56,418 bases of DNA from a virus. Taxonomy: Duplodnaviria > Caudoviricetes. Each line of letters opens with the position of its first letter. The stretch's first letter is position 1. Both the position numbers and the translations under genes were made by a program. This document shows, piece by piece, positions 1 to 9,133 of this stretch. Location: positions 1-56,418 of the IMG/VR virus record IMGVR_UViG_3300049595_000896. The stretch is one strand, 5' to 3'. The notes below the pieces were generated by a model. The model did not search any database and was not told the DNA's origin. It saw nothing but the letters and a program-made list of their open reading frames with translations.

Positions 1-127
1 TCCAGCGGAATCGTTCGCCTCAGAAAAGGGCCAGATGGCCCTTCTCAAGGCGGCTCAGCTCATAGCGATGGAGACAGAGGTCAAAAACCTCTTCCGCGCT
101 CTGGTCGAGCCACGGGTTGGTTTCCCG
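1..127. repeat. Terminal direct repeat, identical to 56292..56418 (circular assembly overlap)
   Basis: The 127-nt match is exact. An ORF reads through the junction, and 127 is a common assembler k-mer. Confidence 0.95.
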
Positions 128-247
128 ATCAACGTCAGCCTGAAAGGGCTGAAAGCGGACGGGACCGGGTCAATCGGGTTCATCAAAGCGGCCCCGAGGA
201 AAGACCCTGAAGCCAAGCCTAAGGCCGAGCCGAAGGTGACCTTCTAA
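1..247 (+). CDS. Early hypothetical protein, 3' part of the junction-spanning ORF starting at 56224
   Basis: Continuous frame across the circular junction. Confidence 0.8.
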   Translation, partial: PAESFASEKGQMALLKAAQLIAMETEVKNLFRALVEPRVGFPINVSLKGLKADGTGSIGFIKAAPRKDPEAKPKAEPKVTF

Positions 248-316
248 CCTAGCCTGAAGACTAAGCGGATCCGGGATAACCTCCCGGGTCCGCCCTTCAC
301 AAAAAAGGAGAACCAA

Positions 317-529
317 ATGGATTACCAAGTGGAATATTCCTACCCCGACTCCCCTACGGTCTGGCATCGCTGGAGTTACTATCAGGACCAGAAAGCAGCC
401 GAAAGCGCTGTCAGGCAGGCGAGGAAGGAGGACCTGAAGATTCAGGTCCAACGGACATGGCGCGCACGCAAGCGGCCACGGGTCGGCATCGCCGACTGGC
501 TGTTCGAAGAGCGCCGGATGAAACTCTGA
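317..529 (+). CDS. Early hypothetical protein, paralog of 55680..55883
   Basis: AAGGAG RBS; shares W-S-Y, RTW, RPxxGIADWL and RRxKL with the paralog. Confidence 0.85.
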   Translation: MDYQVEYSYPDSPTVWHRWSYYQDQKAAESAVRQARKEDLKIQVQRTWRARKRPRVGIADWLFEERRMKL

Positions 530-543
530 ACCACCAAGACTCA

Positions 544-571
544 AGGCCCCGGGAAACCGGGGTCTTTTTTT
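544..571 (+). terminator. Intrinsic terminator
   Basis: AGGCCCCGG-GAAA-CCGGGGTCT followed by a T-run; near-identical copy at 55901. Confidence 0.9.
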
Positions 572-599
572 GTTTGTGTTTTTGTAGTTGTACCACAGG

Positions 600-1330
600 G
601 CCGGGGGGTTATAGCTCGCGACTAACGTGCGCGTAACTCGTACTAATGTAAAGTATATAGTATAGTGTAAAGTATGTAAAGTTATAGCCCTAGAAACTTT
701 AATCTATTTCGCCTAACTTTAATCTATCTCGGGGCTTTACGCCATAACTTTAATTTAGATCGTAGACTTTACACGATTAATGTAAAGATCCACGGAAAGC
801 TGAGGAAAACCAAGGCTATATATATAGTTAAGTTAATAATATAATATAAATAAGGTAAAAAAGGTACGATTTTTTACTAAGGTTCATACCATTTTTGCGA
901 ATTCCCCTACACTTTACAGGGGCTATACCCCCTAATCCCACCCCCATGGCCTCTGACCCCCACATTATCTCAAAAAACCTACCTTATTTAGATTGTTGGC
1001 CATAACCCATTGATTCCACATCACTTTTTTGATCTATTAAAGTTACCTCGTCACGATATTTTTGCCTCGTCCCCTAGATTATATGTAAAGTTAAGCGAAT
1101 TAATTCGGTATGTTCTGGTTTTGTCCCTATATTTTTTCGTGTTACATGCAACAACACTGCATGTAAACGCGTTTTATACAGTCGTTTGAGACTGTAAAGT
1201 GATAATTGTTTCAATGTAATGTTAAGTTGTAAACTTACCTCCCGTCCCCTTTACACGCTACGCTTAACACATGACGCTAGCCTGTGGCGCTTATGTACAG
1301 TTATCAAGAAATAAACTTTACATTCCCGGG
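600..1330. other. AT-rich non-coding region with TGTAAAGT/ACTTTACA iterons; putative replication origin
   Basis: No ORF of 60 aa or more. Motif copies at 647, 666, 675, 766, 781 (variant), 911, 1084, 1193 and 1315. AACTTTAATCTAT occurs twice (695, 715). Inverted repeats at 1142-1166 and 1177-1196. Confidence 0.6.
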
Positions 1331-1348
1331 GTGCGACATTCTGCCACA

Positions 1349-1377
1349 TTGCATCCTGTCCCGGTCTGTGGCAGCAT
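1349..1377 (+). promoter_or_regulatory. Putative sigma70-type early promoter
   Basis: TTGCAT-N17-CAGCAT with extended TG; bracketed by the inverted repeat CTGCCACA/TGTGGCAG. Confidence 0.5.
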
Positions 1378-1463
1378 CTTGGGGTCGGGGCGAATTGCGT
1401 CCAGATTTAAGTTCTTATAGAACTTAACATTAACCAGTGAATGCCCTATGGCAGGAGGTTCCT

Positions 1464-1784
1464 ATGTCTAACTTATCGTTCGTTATGCGTCATGGCATCG
1501 ACCCTGTAAGGGTTACGCCCAACGTGTCTATTACACCCTTGGCCGAAGGCGGCTTCGCCGTGGCCTATATCGCGCCTGCTAACAGCATCGCTCCGTCTCC
1601 CCCTGAGTACGCCTATACTCTGGACGAAGCTGTCTCCGTAGCGCGGACTATGGACTATAGCCTGCGTGTATTCAACCAGCAGTGTGAGGAGGCTGACCGT
1701 AAGGGCCGTCGTCAGCCGCGCTCTTATGGGCGCAGGTTCAGGACTGCCAAGGCCGCTTTCGCCTACTCTGGCCCTACGTTTTAG
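1464..1784 (+). CDS. Hypothetical protein
   Basis: AGGAGG RBS before ATG 1464. Confidence 0.8.
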   Translation: MSNLSFVMRHGIDPVRVTPNVSITPLAEGGFAVAYIAPANSIAPSPPEYAYTLDEAVSVARTMDYSLRVFNQQCEEADRKGRRQPRSYGRRFRTAKAAFAYSGPTF

Positions 1785-1793
1785 GAGGACGCT

Positions 1794-2012
1794 GTGAATA
1801 CGGACGCGATAGCTGAGTATGAAAAACTACATGCAAAAGCCGATGCTTTCTGGATTGTATACGCTTATGAAGACGATCCTGTTCTCGAGGAGCTATATAT
1901 CACGCACATTGATGCGGTGTATGCGAAACTGGAAGAGTTACTTTCAAAAATGACCGACGAAGAATTGCAGTATATATCGCGCAAGGAAAACTGGGCCGCC
2001 TACGCCGACTAA
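1794..2012 (+). CDS. Hypothetical acidic protein
   Basis: AGGAGG RBS and GTG start. Confidence 0.75.
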   Translation: MNTDAIAEYEKLHAKADAFWIVYAYEDDPVLEELYITHIDAVYAKLEELLSKMTDEELQYISRKENWAAYAD

Positions 2013-2019
2013 TATTAAA

Positions 2020-2080
2020 GAACGAAACCTAGGGGCTTCGGCCCCGATGGTCGTGGCGTTATGCGCCACCTGACGAGTTC
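2020..2080 (+). ncRNA. Type II hammerhead ribozyme; predicted cleavage after GUC at C2052
   Basis: GAAC|GAAA|CC..GGGGC-UUCG-GCCCC..GG|UC|GUGGCG-UUAUG-CGCCAC|CUGACGA|GUUC. All core nucleotides and three stems are present. Confidence 0.93.
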
Positions 2081-2109
2081 AGTTAACATCCATACAGTAA
2101 GGAGAACCT

Positions 2110-2301
2110 ATGCGGCTCTATATGCTGCGCTACGCCTCTGGTCGCGCCTATCGCACGGCTAATGGGGAGTATGTTTACTTCAATTCCAAGGACGAGGCCA
2201 AGCGTCAGAGGGACGCGCTTAACCGCGCTGTCACTGGCGAGAAGGCTGTCGTCAGCCTTGGACCGGACCATAAACGCTGGCGCTCAGGCCGCACGGCCTG
2301 A
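2110..2301 (+). CDS. Small basic hypothetical protein
   Basis: AAGGAG RBS; first ORF downstream of the ribozyme. Confidence 0.75.
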   Translation: MRLYMLRYASGRAYRTANGEYVYFNSKDEAKRQRDALNRAVTGEKAVVSLGPDHKRWRSGRTA

Positions 2302-2350
2302 CTGCCGCCCTGTTCGATACACTCTGGACATAATGAAGGAGATAACAACT

Positions 2351-3463
2351 ATGCATGCTTCACTTCTCTCGCAGACCCTTCAGGCTCTGCATAAAATTAA
2401 TCGCTCACTGTGCATCGAAGGGCCACCCGGTGGTGGCAAAACCAGCGTGGTGCGTCAGACTGCGCGCCTTATGGCGGGGTGCACTAACGACAGCGTTCAC
2501 CCTGACGAGCACATGGTCGGTTCGATCACGGTCTACACGGGCCAGACGCAGGCGTTTGGGTACAGTGAGGTCCACCTGCCGACCAAGACTGTCGATGACT
2601 TCGGCATACCGGACATGCTTAACAAGGGTGAGACTATCGCCTACCGCCTGTTCGAGTGGTTCCCTGCTATACACCGCACGGATATCCCTGAGCGTGGCAT
2701 ACTGTGCTTCGACGACCGTAACCAAGCGAGCGCTGACATCCAGAAGGTTCTGGCCAATATCATTCAGGCTAGGACGCTGCATGGCGTCATGCTTAAGCCC
2801 GGCTGGCAGGTGGTCTCTACGGGTAACAGGCAGTCGGACAGGGCGGGTGCTGGCCGTGTGCTCAGCCACCTGCGTAACCGCGAGTCTGTGGTCAACTTCG
2901 AGACGAGCCTCAAGGACTGGATCGCCTATGCTGAGGGTGCTGGGGTGCACCCTTACGTTGTGAGTTTCCTGCGGTTCAGGCCGGATCTGCTGCATGCCTT
3001 TGACCCTGACAAGCCCGCCTCGCCTACCCCTAGGTCATGGGCTGAGGGCGTTGCGCCTCTTATCGGCGTAGTGCCTGACGATGCTGAGCACGAGTTGTTC
3101 TGCGGCGCTGTAGGCGATGGCGCTGCGGCTGAGTTCGTGGGGTTCCTGCGTATCGCTAGGAGCCTGACTAGCCCGGACGTTATCCTCAAGGACCCTGACA
3201 ACTCGCCTATCCCCACTGACACGGCTACGCTCTACGCCCTTACGGGTGCGCTTGCTCACCGTGTGGTCAAGGCTCCGACCCTCCCTGACGCGCAGGTTAT
3301 GGCTTCGGCTGTGCTGCGTTACGTGACGCGCTTTGCGTCGATGGGTCGTGCTGAGTTCGGCGTCATTGCTGTATCCAGCATGCTTAAGCGCAGTGATCTC
3401 AAGGCTGCGTCCTTCCCCGGCCTGCCTGAGTTCTTCATGAAGAACCAGTCGGTCATGTTCTGA
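2351..3463 (+). CDS. MoxR/AAA_5-like AAA+ ATPase
   Basis: Walker A GPPGGGKT, Walker B LCFDD, sensor TGN, R-finger region LRNR, PTPRSW; AAGGAG RBS at 2351. Confidence 0.9.
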   Translation: MHASLLSQTLQALHKINRSLCIEGPPGGGKTSVVRQTARLMAGCTNDSVHPDEHMVGSITVYTGQTQAFGYSEVHLPTKTVDDFGIPDMLNKGETIAYRLFEWFPAIHRTDIPERGILCFDDRNQASADIQKVLANIIQARTLHGVMLKPGWQVVSTGNRQSDRAGAGRVLSHLRNRESVVNFETSLKDWIAYAEGAGVHPYVVSFLRFRPDLLHAFDPDKPASPTPRSWAEGVAPLIGVVPDDAEHELFCGAVGDGAAAEFVGFLRIARSLTSPDVILKDPDNSPIPTDTATLYALTGALAHRVVKAPTLPDAQVMASAVLRYVTRFASMGRAEFGVIAVSSMLKRSDLKAASFPGLPEFFMKNQSVMF

Positions 3464-3492
3464 TACACACATTTAACAGAGTGGAGATACCT

Positions 3493-4380
3493 ATGAAACT
3501 CAATGACAGGGCGTTGCTTGTGACGCTTAAGATCAGCCAGTGGGCTGGACGTAAGCACGATAAGCAGGTGACCAAGCAGGTCGCCAGTCAGCATGCAGCT
3601 GACACGAGCGTTGGCCGGTTCAACAAGTCGCTGCTGCCCGCTACAGGTTACCTCGAAGACGTGCACGCTATGACGTCCGCCATCCGCCAGATGGTCTACC
3701 AGAACACTATGGCGTGGGGCTCAGTCGACGGCACGAGACTGCTTCCTGTGGGCAATTATCTGGCGTTTACTGCTACGTTCAGGCGCATGCTTACGGAGCG
3801 GGAGGCTGCTGTCGAGCGCTTCCTGTCTGCTTATCCCCGCCTCAAGGAGGAGGCTAAACTCTTCCTGCCTAACGGGCTCTACAAGGAGGACGATTACCCT
3901 GACGTGGACACACTGCGGGGTAAGTTTGCGTGCTCTGTGGAGATGGGTCCGGTTCCTACCGATGACTTCAGGGTGCAGCTTGGCGATGCTGAGCTTGCAC
4001 AGATTAAGGCTGACGTTGTCGCACGTACTGAGGCCAGCATGAGGGACGCCATGCGTGAGGTCTGGCAACGGCTCTATGACCGGGTCAAGCACATGGCTGA
4101 CAAGCTGCAGGCCATCGACGACACAGCGGACGTTGAGGGCAGGGGCAAGGCGCGGCTGCACGAGAGCACTATAGAAAACATACGTGAGATATGTGAGCTA
4201 CTGCCCCGGCTTAATATTACCAACGACCCTGACCTTGAGGCCATGCGCCAGCGTGTGGCTGACTCGTTGGGCACAGTTGAGACTGACGCGCTCAAGGCCG
4301 ACCCACTATTCCGCGAGCGCACTAAGACTGAAGCGCAGTCTATCATGGACGCGATGGCTACTTTCATGGGAGGCGTGTAA
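3493..4380 (+). CDS. Conserved helical phage protein (DUF3150-like)
   Basis: N-terminal LLVTLKISQWAGRK..D and NKSLL; position between the AAA and vWA genes. Confidence 0.6.
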   Translation: MKLNDRALLVTLKISQWAGRKHDKQVTKQVASQHAADTSVGRFNKSLLPATGYLEDVHAMTSAIRQMVYQNTMAWGSVDGTRLLPVGNYLAFTATFRRMLTEREAAVERFLSAYPRLKEEAKLFLPNGLYKEDDYPDVDTLRGKFACSVEMGPVPTDDFRVQLGDAELAQIKADVVARTEASMRDAMREVWQRLYDRVKHMADKLQAIDDTADVEGRGKARLHESTIENIREICELLPRLNITNDPDLEAMRQRVADSLGTVETDALKADPLFRERTKTEAQSIMDAMATFMGGV

Positions 4381-5528
4381 TGACTAGCAGGAAGCCCAAG
4401 CGTATCACTCAGTCCGAGTTTGACACACTCATAAGCCGCACACGTAGTGTCCTGACACTGGAGCACCCCTTCTTTGGGGTGCTTTCCTTTGGCATGGAGC
4501 ACGTGCTGGACGACACTATTAACCCGCCTACTGCGTGCGTTGATGGCATGACTGTCAGCTATCACCCGGAGTTCGTCGCGTCCCTCACTAAGGACGAGAT
4601 GTTGTTCCTAGTCGCGCATGAGTGCATGCACCCCATGCTTGACCATATCGGACGCATGACAGGCCGGGAGCCTAAGCGTTGGAATATCGCCTGTGATATA
4701 GTTGTTAACCACTATCTCAAGCAGGACAATATCGGTCGTATGCCTGAGTGTGGCATCACTGACCCCGCGCTATTCGCCAAGGGTCAGGGTGTGGTTGAGG
4801 TTATATACAACTTGCTTGAGTCAAACGAGGGTCAGGGGCAGGGTCAGTCCACCCCTAGCCACGACCAGATGGACGCCATGCAGGAGGCTGACGCCTCTGA
4901 AGGGCAGGTTCAGAGCAAATGGAAGCCCCTTGTTATGCAGGCTCAGGCTGCTGCAAAGCAGGCTGGCAAGCTATCGGGTGCGCTAGAGCGTCTGGTCAAG
5001 CAGGCTGTCGTGTCGCCTCCTAACTGGCGTCAGATCATGGCTGAGTGGATGTCACGTAGTGCGATGGGTGACCAGCGCACATGGTCGCGTCCGTCCAGAC
5101 GCATGGCTGCTGCGGGTATGTATAGACCAGCCACCTACAGTGAGGCTATCGGCGAGCTAGTTATAGCAGTCGACTGTTCAGGGTCAGTCAGTCCTGAGTT
5201 GCTCGACAAGTTCATGGCGCATGTGCGTGCGCTATGCGAGGACATCCAGCCTAAGCGTATACATATTGCGTACTTCCACCACACAGTGTTCCGCGTCGAC
5301 AGTTACGAGAACGCGGACGATATGGTCATCAACATAACCGAGTCGGGAGGGACGGCGTTCTCGCCTATCTTCCGGCGGGTTGACGCGGACGGCATAGACC
5401 CCGTGTGCTGCGTCGTCCTGACTGACCTTGAGTGCAGCGACTATGGTCCTCAGCCGGGCTACCCCGTGCTGTGGGCGTCTACAACTGACGCCAAGGCCCC
5501 TTGGGGCCGCACTATCCGCATCGACTAA
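4380..5528 (+). CDS. Metallopeptidase-vWA protein (DUF2201-like)
   Basis: PTACVDG, HECMH zincin motif, WNIACD, MIDAS DCSGS..GGT..TD. Confidence 0.9.
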   Translation: MTSRKPKRITQSEFDTLISRTRSVLTLEHPFFGVLSFGMEHVLDDTINPPTACVDGMTVSYHPEFVASLTKDEMLFLVAHECMHPMLDHIGRMTGREPKRWNIACDIVVNHYLKQDNIGRMPECGITDPALFAKGQGVVEVIYNLLESNEGQGQGQSTPSHDQMDAMQEADASEGQVQSKWKPLVMQAQAAAKQAGKLSGALERLVKQAVVSPPNWRQIMAEWMSRSAMGDQRTWSRPSRRMAAAGMYRPATYSEAIGELVIAVDCSGSVSPELLDKFMAHVRALCEDIQPKRIHIAYFHHTVFRVDSYENADDMVINITESGGTAFSPIFRRVDADGIDPVCCVVLTDLECSDYGPQPGYPVLWASTTDAKAPWGRTIRID

Positions 5529-5551
5529 TCACACACAAAGGAGACTGACAC

Positions 5552-6286
5552 ATGGCTATTGTTCGTATGACTGAGCTGGTTATCGAGAGCATGTCGCGTA
5601 ACCTTGTCCAGCTGCGTAAACCTGAACTCGCCGTGCTTGAGGCTGCGCGTCCCATGAAGGCGTTCGCAGATCTGTATAACTGGATGGTGCCTGACACCCT
5701 CAAGGCGCAGCTGGATCAGTTACCCCCGCGGTATCGTCCGGCGATGATTGATAAGATACATATCAGGTTCGCCGGCACGAGTGTTGTTACTTTCATCACT
5801 GCTTCTGAGATTAACGGGTATAATCAGAGGGAGCCGGCTAAGACGGTCTATGCGCTTCTATCTCCCGGCCACCAGAGTATTATCAGGTCGGGTCAACCCG
5901 TTGTTCTTGGTAATATATCCCTCAGCCAAGACGCGATGGAGTTCAAAGCCCTTGGTGAGATAACGGAGATCCACGAGAGCATACGTGACGCATACTGTGC
6001 AGCGAGGGCGTATGCTGATAAAATAGTAGAGTACAATGCAGAAACGCGGCGGCATATTGCTACGCTGCAGAACTACCTGCAGAACCAGCCTTCACTCAAC
6101 AAGGCTGTGGCTAACATGCCTGCTATCAGGGCGTTCATCAACCCTAACCACCTCGACAAGATGGCTGAACGGGTTGAGCGTGCGCCTCGTAAGACGTCCG
6201 AACCCAAGGCTAAACAGCTGCCAGCGACGCCTGCTGACAGCGCCATGACTGAGCTTGTCATGGTCGCCGCTCAGACACGGGTCTAA
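5552..6286 (+). CDS. Hypothetical protein (possibly Nmad5-like)
   Basis: AAGGAG RBS. The C-terminal SL.KA..NMP.I..F pattern resembles Nmad5, but only weakly. Confidence 0.55.
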   Translation: MAIVRMTELVIESMSRNLVQLRKPELAVLEAARPMKAFADLYNWMVPDTLKAQLDQLPPRYRPAMIDKIHIRFAGTSVVTFITASEINGYNQREPAKTVYALLSPGHQSIIRSGQPVVLGNISLSQDAMEFKALGEITEIHESIRDAYCAARAYADKIVEYNAETRRHIATLQNYLQNQPSLNKAVANMPAIRAFINPNHLDKMAERVERAPRKTSEPKAKQLPATPADSAMTELVMVAAQTRV

Positions 6287-6289
6287 CCC

Positions 6290-6481
6290 GTGACCAAGCG
6301 CTGCGTAGGGTGCACGTTCTTCTCCGCTGAGAAAAAGATTGACAACCTGTGGAGAGGGCAGTGTACCTTAAGGCGGGCTCAAGTAACAGAAGCGACCGTT
6401 GCGTGCCTTCATTGGTTGCGTAACGGCGCTTCTTCTCGCGCCCGATCAGAAGTGTGGGATAAACTTTACGGAGACGATTAG
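6290..6481 (+). CDS. Small Cys-rich hypothetical protein
   Basis: CxxC...C...C; fills the gap in the operon. Confidence 0.55.
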   Translation: MTKRCVGCTFFSAEKKIDNLWRGQCTLRRAQVTEATVACLHWLRNGASSRARSEVWDKLYGDD

Positions 6482-6483
6482 GT

Positions 6484-6990
6484 ATGGTTGCGTCTGGCCC
6501 GATCATTCAACAAGCTATGACACGGGTCAGACGATCCTTCCCTTACTTTACAGACGATATGCTCAGGCTAAAGGACCGGTCCAAGCGGACGGTCATACCA
6601 CGTCAATACATGTGGTATCTATTGAGATTATACGGGCGAAGTTATCCTTGGATCGCTCGCAACACCGGAGGGTGGGACCACACGACTATTATGTGGGGCG
6701 TCAAGGCGCATGTGCGTGCGATGCAGAACCCTGAGAGCAGCCTCTATAAAACAGGTGTCAGATTGCAGAACACTACAGGTTTACTGGAAGAGATTGAGCG
6801 GCTGGAGCGTGAGATTAAACAACTCAGCGACACAGCGGAGGACATGCAGCGTCAGCGTCTGGCGTTGGTATATCAACTTAATGATCTGAGGGAGAAAGCT
6901 TATGGATTATCGAGTGAAGAACCGTCTCGCAGACAAACTCATGAGGGCGTTGATCGCGCTCATGCACCATCGCACCAACCCAAAGGCTAG
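6484..6990 (+). CDS. DnaA domain IV (Bac_DnaA_C)-like HTH protein with C-terminal coiled coil
   Basis: PRQYMWYLLR..GRSYPWIAR..GGWDHTTIMWG matches the DnaA PRQ.AMYL...SLP.IG..FGGRDHTTV signature. Confidence 0.85.
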   Translation: MVASGPIIQQAMTRVRRSFPYFTDDMLRLKDRSKRTVIPRQYMWYLLRLYGRSYPWIARNTGGWDHTTIMWGVKAHVRAMQNPESSLYKTGVRLQNTTGLLEEIERLEREIKQLSDTAEDMQRQRLALVYQLNDLREKAYGLSSEEPSRRQTHEGVDRAHAPSHQPKG

Positions 6991-7249
6991 AGTTACGCTT
7001 GCGTACAGGATGTGGGCTGTAACGGACAATGACTGCCGGCTGTCTCTGCTGGACCCGCCTGCTTATAGCTGGGCCGCTGGTATCGTGGGCTTTATACAGG
7101 CTATCCTTTACGTAGAAAAGAAACCGGCCCGCACCGGAGGGCTATGCCAGTGCTGCAAGCGAGCCAGTCAGCATACGCAGTATGCGCTGGCCATGTACGC
7201 CCGGGCTAGGTTCGGTCAGCGTGCACCGATCTACTCGGTCATGGCGTGA
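6902..7249 (+). CDS. Hypothetical protein
   Basis: ORF in operon context; overlaps the upstream gene. Confidence 0.55.
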   Translation: MDYRVKNRLADKLMRALIALMHHRTNPKARVTLAYRMWAVTDNDCRLSLLDPPAYSWAAGIVGFIQAILYVEKKPARTGGLCQCCKRASQHTQYALAMYARARFGQRAPIYSVMA

Positions 7250-7264
7250 GGAAGGCGATAGATA

Positions 7265-9133
7265 ATGGACATAGTTACCATAGACTTCGAGACCTACTAC
7301 GACAAGACATATAGTTTATCGAAGATGACGACGGAGAGTTATATCCGTGACCCTCGGTTCGAGATCATCGGGGTTGGGGTTAAGATAAACAACTACGCCA
7401 CAGACTGGTATAGCGGGGAGAACTTCGGGCGCGTACTCACTGGGCTTGACTACTCCGACAAGGCCATACTCGCACACAACGCTGCGTTCGACGGGGCTAT
7501 TCTGTCGTGGAAGTTTGGAATAAAACCAAAGCTCTGGCTGGATACTCTGTCCATGGCCCGGGCTAAGGTCGGACTTATCCAGAGCATATCGCTGGCGAAC
7601 CTCGTCAATGCGTTCGGGTTAGGGGCCAAGGGTGTGGAGGTTGTGAACGCACTGGGTAAACGCCGCGCTGAGTTTACACCCAACGAACTGTCCAAGTATG
7701 GCGATTACTGCATCAACGACGTCGAGCTTACGTACAAGCTGTTCAAGGTACTGGCCAAGGACTACCCCGCCAGTGAACTCGCCGCCATCGACGCAGCCCT
7801 AAGGCTATACACTGAGCCGGTCATTGAACTGGACAGGGAGAGGCTGGCCACGCACCTCAGCACGGTTAGGGACCACAAGGCTAACCTCCTGTCGATGCTC
7901 GCAGAACAGGGCGTTACGCAGGAAGATCTCATGTCTAACCAGAAGCTGGCGCACCTGCTGCTGGATCTGGGCGTCGAGCCGCCGACCAAGGTCAGCCCCA
8001 CTACAAACGAGAACACGTTCGCCTTCAGCAAGACAGACCTAGAGTTTACTGACTTGCTCAACCATGAGAACCTGACTGTGCAGAACGTCGTGGCTGCAAG
8101 GCTTGGCGTTAAGAGCACGCTCGACGAGACCAGAACCGAAGCGCTGCTCGGGGTGCAGGAGCGTGGCCCCCTGCCTGTTATGCTGCACTACTATGGCGCA
8201 CACACAGGGCGGTTCTCTGGTGGCGACAAGCTGAACATGCAGAACCTGCCACGTAAGGGTGCTATCAGGCGGGCTATGCGTGCACCGGAGGGACATGTCT
8301 TTGGTGTGGTGGACAGCTCACAGATAGAAGCGCGGGTGCTGGCATGGCTGGCCAGTGAGGACGCCATCGTCGATGCGTTCCGTAACAAGCGGGATGTGTA
8401 CAGCGAGTTCGCGTCTAAACTTTACGACCGACCAATCACCAAGGCGGACGAGACGGAGAGGTTCCTAGGCAAGGTCTGCATCCTTGGTCTGGGGTACGGG
8501 CTCGGATGGGTCAAGCTGCAACTTATCCTTGCGTCTGGGGCGATGGGCAAGAAGATCAACCTGTCCAAAGAACAGTGCCAGCGCATTGTAAATAAGTACC
8601 GTGAGACTAACCACCGTATCGCAGGGCTATGGTGGCAGGCGGGGAAAGCACTGGAGATGTTGGATCGTAACCAGTCCTTCGTGCTCGCCAATAAATTTGT
8701 TTGCGAAGATAAATCTATACGCTTGCCGAACGGCATGTCTTTACAATACCCTCTGCTGCGCCACACCAAGAACGGGTTTGGCTACTGCGCTATGCCCAAC
8801 GCATTCAAGGCAATCATGAATGCAAGGCTGGCCGGCGAAGACATGGACGACCAACCGTGGAAGTACATCTACGGAGGGAAGGTCATTGAGAACCTTGTGC
8901 AGGCGCTGGCTACCATAATCATCAAGGAACAATGGATACGCATCAACGCCAGCAAAAAGTACAAGGTTGTCATGCAGGTGCACGACGAACTCGTTGCGAT
9001 TATACCAGAGAAGGAAGCAAAAGAAGGACTTGCATATATGATGGATATTATGTCAACGCCCCCTGCATGGGCGGCGGATCTGCCTGTAGCGTGTGAAGGT
9101 GCAACTGCTAAGTATTATGGAGACGCTAAGTGA
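7265..9133 (+). CDS. polA: Family A DNA polymerase with 3'-5' exonuclease
   Basis: ExoI DFET, ExoII HNAAFD, ExoIII YCINDV; HTGRFSG, motif A DSSQIEAR, motif B R..GK..ILGLGYG, motif C VHDE. Confidence 0.97.
   Translation: MDIVTIDFETYYDKTYSLSKMTTESYIRDPRFEIIGVGVKINNYATDWYSGENFGRVLTGLDYSDKAILAHNAAFDGAILSWKFGIKPKLWLDTLSMARAKVGLIQSISLANLVNAFGLGAKGVEVVNALGKRRAEFTPNELSKYGDYCINDVELTYKLFKVLAKDYPASELAAIDAALRLYTEPVIELDRERLATHLSTVRDHKANLLSMLAEQGVTQEDLMSNQKLAHLLLDLGVEPPTKVSPTTNENTFAFSKTDLEFTDLLNHENLTVQNVVAARLGVKSTLDETRTEALLGVQERGPLPVMLHYYGAHTGRFSGGDKLNMQNLPRKGAIRRAMRAPEGHVFGVVDSSQIEARVLAWLASEDAIVDAFRNKRDVYSEFASKLYDRPITKADETERFLGKVCILGLGYGLGWVKLQLILASGAMGKKINLSKEQCQRIVNKYRETNHRIAGLWWQAGKALEMLDRNQSFVLANKFVCEDKSIRLPNGMSLQYPLLRHTKNGFGYCAMPNAFKAIMNARLAGEDMDDQPWKYIYGGKVIENLVQALATIIIKEQWIRINASKKYKVVMQVHDELVAIIPEKEAKEGLAYMMDIMSTPPAWAADLPVACEGATAKYYGDAK

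Noticed and set aside
1-127. Biological terminal repeat
   Set aside because: It is exactly 127 nt and cuts through an ORF, which fits an assembler k-mer overlap rather than a physical end
250-300. Second hammerhead (CUGAAGA followed by a hairpin)
   Set aside because: No GAAA or UH in the required positions; only a plain hairpin at 266-294
2162-2350. N-terminal extension of the AAA+ ORF
   Set aside because: It overlaps the RBS-supported 2110..2301 gene; the AAGGAG RBS supports a start at 2351
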